A DNA stretch of 50,702 nucleotides from Minisyncoccota bacterium (GTDB lineage: Bacteria; Patescibacteriota; Minisyncoccia; Minisyncoccales; UBA10102): NCBI GenBank assembly GCA_036397395.1, contig DASWIZ010000007.1, forward strand, positions 1 through 50,702. The letters run 5' to 3'. Made by a program: the position numbers and the translations under genes. Below are positions 48,089 to 50,702 of this stretch, piece by piece. The notes beneath the pieces were generated by a model. The model had not been told where the DNA came from and made no database searches. It saw nothing but the letters and a program-made list of their open reading frames with translations. Numbering within the stretch: the stretch's first letter is position 1; every line of letters starts with the position of its first letter.

Positions 48089-48619
48089 CTATGAGATTTC
48101 TTCGATGAGGAACAATCTGACATACGGAATAATCTGATACTCCCGTATCGCTTCCTCTGTTTCGTCATACACATCGTAGGGACATACCCATACGCTTTTC
48201 TGGACCTGTTGATAACCCAAATCTATTAATGCGTCCCGTAAAAAATCCCTTGCTTTTCGCCTTTCCTCGGGAATATCAAAAATAATCATTATCCACTTGC
48301 CGTCTTTGCGCTTCTTCCTTTCTTTCAGCTTCCGCTTTACCTGGAGAGCTTTCTCTGTACCTTTCGGGGTAAGCATAAACCCCTTTACCCCTTCGAGCGA
48401 TTTGACCTTAATATATCCTTGCATTTGAAGATAAGAAATAAACTGGCTAAACGACCTTCTTGCTTTCCGGCGTTTGTACTCTTTTCGCAACTGAATTACA
48501 TCTCGATAAAGGTATTGGCTCACGCTGCGCGGCGGAGAAACCGTATCGTAGGCTTTCTCAAATCCCTCAATGGCATTATACAAATCCCACAAAAACTTGT
48601 CGGTAATCGGAAGTTTCAT
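48089..48619 (-). CDS. PaaX-like transcriptional regulator (winged helix plus Cas2-like ferredoxin-fold domain)
   Basis: FSQFISYLQMQGYIKV is wHTH-like. KWIMIIFDIPEERRKARDFLRDALIDLGYQQVQKSVWVCPYDV matches the PaaX C-terminal/Cas2-like pattern as I recall it. Confidence 0.6.
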   Translation of the reverse strand: MKLPITDKFLWDLYNAIEGFEKAYDTVSPPRSVSQYLYRDVIQLRKEYKRRKARRSFSQFISYLQMQGYIKVKSLEGVKGFMLTPKGTEKALQVKRKLKERKKRKDGKWIMIIFDIPEERRKARDFLRDALIDLGYQQVQKSVWVCPYDVYDETEEAIREYQIIPYVRLFLIEEIS

Positions 48620-48642
48620 ACCTACGCCTACTATAACATATT

Positions 48643-48658
48643 TAGAGCGGCCGCTCTA
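48643..48658. repeat. 16-nt palindrome TAGAGCGGCCGCTCTA between gnd and the PaaX-like gene
   Basis: Perfect palindrome; could be the gnd terminator stem or an operator. Confidence 0.5.
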
Positions 48659-48705
48659 TTCGTGTAACTAACTACTAAGTGCAGTATATATGTAATATAC
48701 GTATG

Positions 48706-49578
48706 TCATTTCATGGAATGGCCACCGAACATGTGACGGAGCATCATTAATATTTTGCCCGTGTAGCTGGGTTTTTTTGCCGATTCCACGCGAAAATGAA
48801 ACGATGCTTGTATTACGGGAACAGGCACCCCAAACTTTTTGGCGGTTTTTACGGTCCATTCGCCTTCTCCTGTGTGCTGCACCGACCCCGACGCTTCCCG
48901 CAACTCTTCGCCGTATTTTTGAAAGCCCCTTTCCATCCAGCCGGTCAAGCGCGATTCTACGACGCTGCCGTTATTATACACTCTTGCTACTTCTTTCAAA
49001 TCGAGTTCAAACGGCGACTTTTTCATAAGCGTAAACCCTTCGGCCAAAGACTGCATCATTCCATACTCGATGCCGTTGTGCACCATTTTTACAAAGTGCC
49101 CGGCGCCCGATTTTCCCATGTAGCCAAAACTTTCTTTGGCCGTAAGGTCGCCAAACAGGGGTTTGAGTTTTTGAAACACTTTTTTATCGCCTCCCGCCAT
49201 AATCGCCGGCTTGCCCTGCCGCACGGTGACCGGGCCGCCCGAAACCCCAACATCCATAAAGTGAATTCCTTTTGCCGCCAGTTTCATTGCCCGGCGCACC
49301 GAGTCTTCGTAAAATGTGTTTCCCCCGTCTATAACAACGTCTCCCTTATACAAAAGTTTTGCCAGTTGCGAAACCACCTCATCTACCGGCTTGCCGGCGG
49401 GAACCATAATCCACACAATGCGGGGTTTTCCCAGATACCCCACCAATTCTTCTATGCTTTTTGCCGTGCCTTTACCCGAAATATCAAATGTTTCCACCCG
49501 CCAGTTTTTTTCCTTCAGCCTGGCAACCATGGCGCTCCCCATTTTGCCTAAACCTATGTAACCTATGTGTTTTCCCAT
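48706..49578 (-). CDS. gnd: 6-phosphogluconate dehydrogenase (decarboxylating), short ~300-aa form
   Basis: IGYIGLGKMGSAMV (Rossmann) and GAGHFVKMVHNGIEYGMMQ. Confidence 0.85.
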   Translation of the reverse strand: MGKHIGYIGLGKMGSAMVARLKEKNWRVETFDISGKGTAKSIEELVGYLGKPRIVWIMVPAGKPVDEVVSQLAKLLYKGDVVIDGGNTFYEDSVRRAMKLAAKGIHFMDVGVSGGPVTVRQGKPAIMAGGDKKVFQKLKPLFGDLTAKESFGYMGKSGAGHFVKMVHNGIEYGMMQSLAEGFTLMKKSPFELDLKEVARVYNNGSVVESRLTGWMERGFQKYGEELREASGSVQHTGEGEWTVKTAKKFGVPVPVIQASFHFRVESAKKPSYTGKILMMLRHMFGGHSMK

Positions 49579-50702
49579 GGTGTGGTATTTTTTTCGTAAA
49601 TCTCAAGCGGCGTTGCGTTGTTCTGCCACGAACGCACAATGGGGTCGACAAACTCCCATTCCGCCATAATTTCCTCGGTGCTCACAAACAGCGTCTGGTC
49701 CCCCCGGATAACACTGTACAAAAGCCGCACATAGGCGTCGGCTATTTCTGTTTCTCCAAAAGCCTGTTTATAATCAAACGTAAAATCTTTTTTCTCCAGC
49801 ACCATTTCGGCGCCCGGCTTTTTTACCCAAAAAGAAATGCGAATACCTTCTTTGGGCTGGATCTGGTAATGAAGCTCATTTTGGTAGTGTACGCCTTCGG
49901 GACACAGACAGGGTGTTTGGTGGCGGAATGTAACCGTAACCTCCACCCTATCTTGCAGCATAGCTTTTCCGCTTTCCAACACAATGGGAACTTCTTTCCA
50001 ATTCTTTGTGTCCAAATACGTTTCAATTCTAAAATAGGTTTCTGTTTGCGAATGTGCATCTACGCCCCTTTCTTGCGTATATCCTTTATATTGGCCGCGT
50101 TTTGTTTTTGCTGCAATATCTCTATTGGATTTTAAAATATTCAGTGAGCGCAAAATGGCAGCTCTGTTTTTCCGAACCAAATCCGCTTCAAAGTTTCCCG
50201 GATTTTCCATACAGAACAAAGCTAACAGCTGCAGCACGTGGTTTTGTCCTACATCGCGTAACGCCCCAATGCCGTCGTAAAACGCCCCCCGTTCCCCAAC
50301 CCCTTCTTTCTCCAATAGCGCAATGGAAATGCGTTCTATGGCCTTGTTTCCCCAGGAATCCTGCAAAAATGAATTGGAAAAGCGGAACGCCAAAATGTTT
50401 TGCACGGTTTCCTTGCCCAAATAATGGTCTATGCGGTAAATTTGCTCTTCTTTAAACAGTTTTCCCAAAAGCCGGTCTAATTCCTGGGCGCCTTTCAGGT
50501 CTTTGCCAAACGGTTTTTCCACAATAACCCTGGTCCACCCTTCTTGGGGGCTGCAGGGTTCCGTAAGTTTTGAAGTTGCTAATTTTCGGAAAATGGTTTC
50601 GTAAAACTGAGGGGAAGCGGCAATATAAAACAATTTATTGGCGCATACGTTCCACTGGCCGTCTTGCATGCCCAGTTTTTCAGCCAAAGCCGCATATCCC
50701 TG
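49563..50702 (-). CDS. zwf: glucose-6-phosphate dehydrogenase, N-terminus beyond the window edge
   Basis: VIVEKPFGKDL and YRIDHYLGKETVQNI. The frame is open to position 50702. Its 3' end overlaps the gnd start by 16 nt. Confidence 0.9.
   Translation of the reverse strand, partial: QGYAALAEKLGMQDGQWNVCANKLFYIAASPQFYETIFRKLATSKLTEPCSPQEGWTRVIVEKPFGKDLKGAQELDRLLGKLFKEEQIYRIDHYLGKETVQNILAFRFSNSFLQDSWGNKAIERISIALLEKEGVGERGAFYDGIGALRDVGQNHVLQLLALFCMENPGNFEADLVRKNRAAILRSLNILKSNRDIAAKTKRGQYKGYTQERGVDAHSQTETYFRIETYLDTKNWKEVPIVLESGKAMLQDRVEVTVTFRHQTPCLCPEGVHYQNELHYQIQPKEGIRISFWVKKPGAEMVLEKKDFTFDYKQAFGETEIADAYVRLLYSVIRGDQTLFVSTEEIMAEWEFVDPIVRSWQNNATPLEIYEKNTTPWENT

Noticed and set aside
1-50702. Searched by eye for reverse transcriptase/DGR template-variable repeat pairs, Cas genes, integrases, phage structural genes and known multi-gene defence systems.
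   Set aside because: None were recognised. The only toxin-like or nuclease-like candidates are VapBC (8594..9223) and the stand-alone ATP-cone/PD-(D/E)xK fusion.

Overview
50.7-kb window with about 56 protein genes (roughly 85% on the minus strand) and one tRNA-Pro(GGG). I found no rRNA, CRISPR array, integrase or phage genes. The gene content is bL28, HU, Ndk, UppP, a ComEC-type MBL protein, a beta-CASP RNase, many secreted or anchored repeat proteins and GT-C/GT2 glycosyltransferases. Together with compact spacing and recurrent leaderless-type promoters, this suggests a small-genome Patescibacteria/CPR-like bacterium; that is inference only. Blocks: (1) 3.5-8.1 kb, a SipW-type signal peptidase with three proteins carrying SipW-cognate signal peptides (TasA/camelysin-like). 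(2) 8.6-9.2 kb, VapBC. (3) 10.4-15.8 kb, housekeeping genes plus three very small genes, two of them absent from the ORF track. (4) 15.9-20.2 kb, three paralogous secreted repeat proteins, one with extreme Gly/Asp expansions. (5) 20.7-28.3 kb, a GH6 relic, a 1351-aa sugar-dehydrogenase/PKD/PA14/LamG surface protein, and GT-C and GT2 genes. (6) 28.4-39.9 kb, a copper and thiol-redox island: CopB-type ATPase, Met-rich protein, CsoR-family repressor with operator, His-rich membrane protein, AbrB, a Cys-rich membrane module, DoxX, ATP-cone/nuclease fusion, DUF3105, DsbA, TrxB. (7) 39.9-50.7 kb, GH15 plus tal, pgl, tkt, gnd and zwf. The strongest unannotated signals are listed next. Two unrelated families of perfect palindromes each bracket their own HUH/Y1 (RAYT-like) transposase gene, one intact and one decayed, and also occur as solitary copies elsewhere (REPtron-like architecture). 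A promoter, long structured leader and intrinsic terminator sit upstream of an HD-domain 5'-nucleotidase-like gene (candidate riboswitch). A shared motif set lies in the long upstream regions of the TasA-like operon and the Gly/Asp-rich gene. Long hairpins have only mismatches that become G:U wobbles on the minus-strand transcript. A GC-rich short element is inserted in-frame into conserved genes. 20-nt palindromes sit at the -35 regions next to a PaaX-like regulator. All calls come from reading the sequence by eye and from remembered family signatures; no searches were run.
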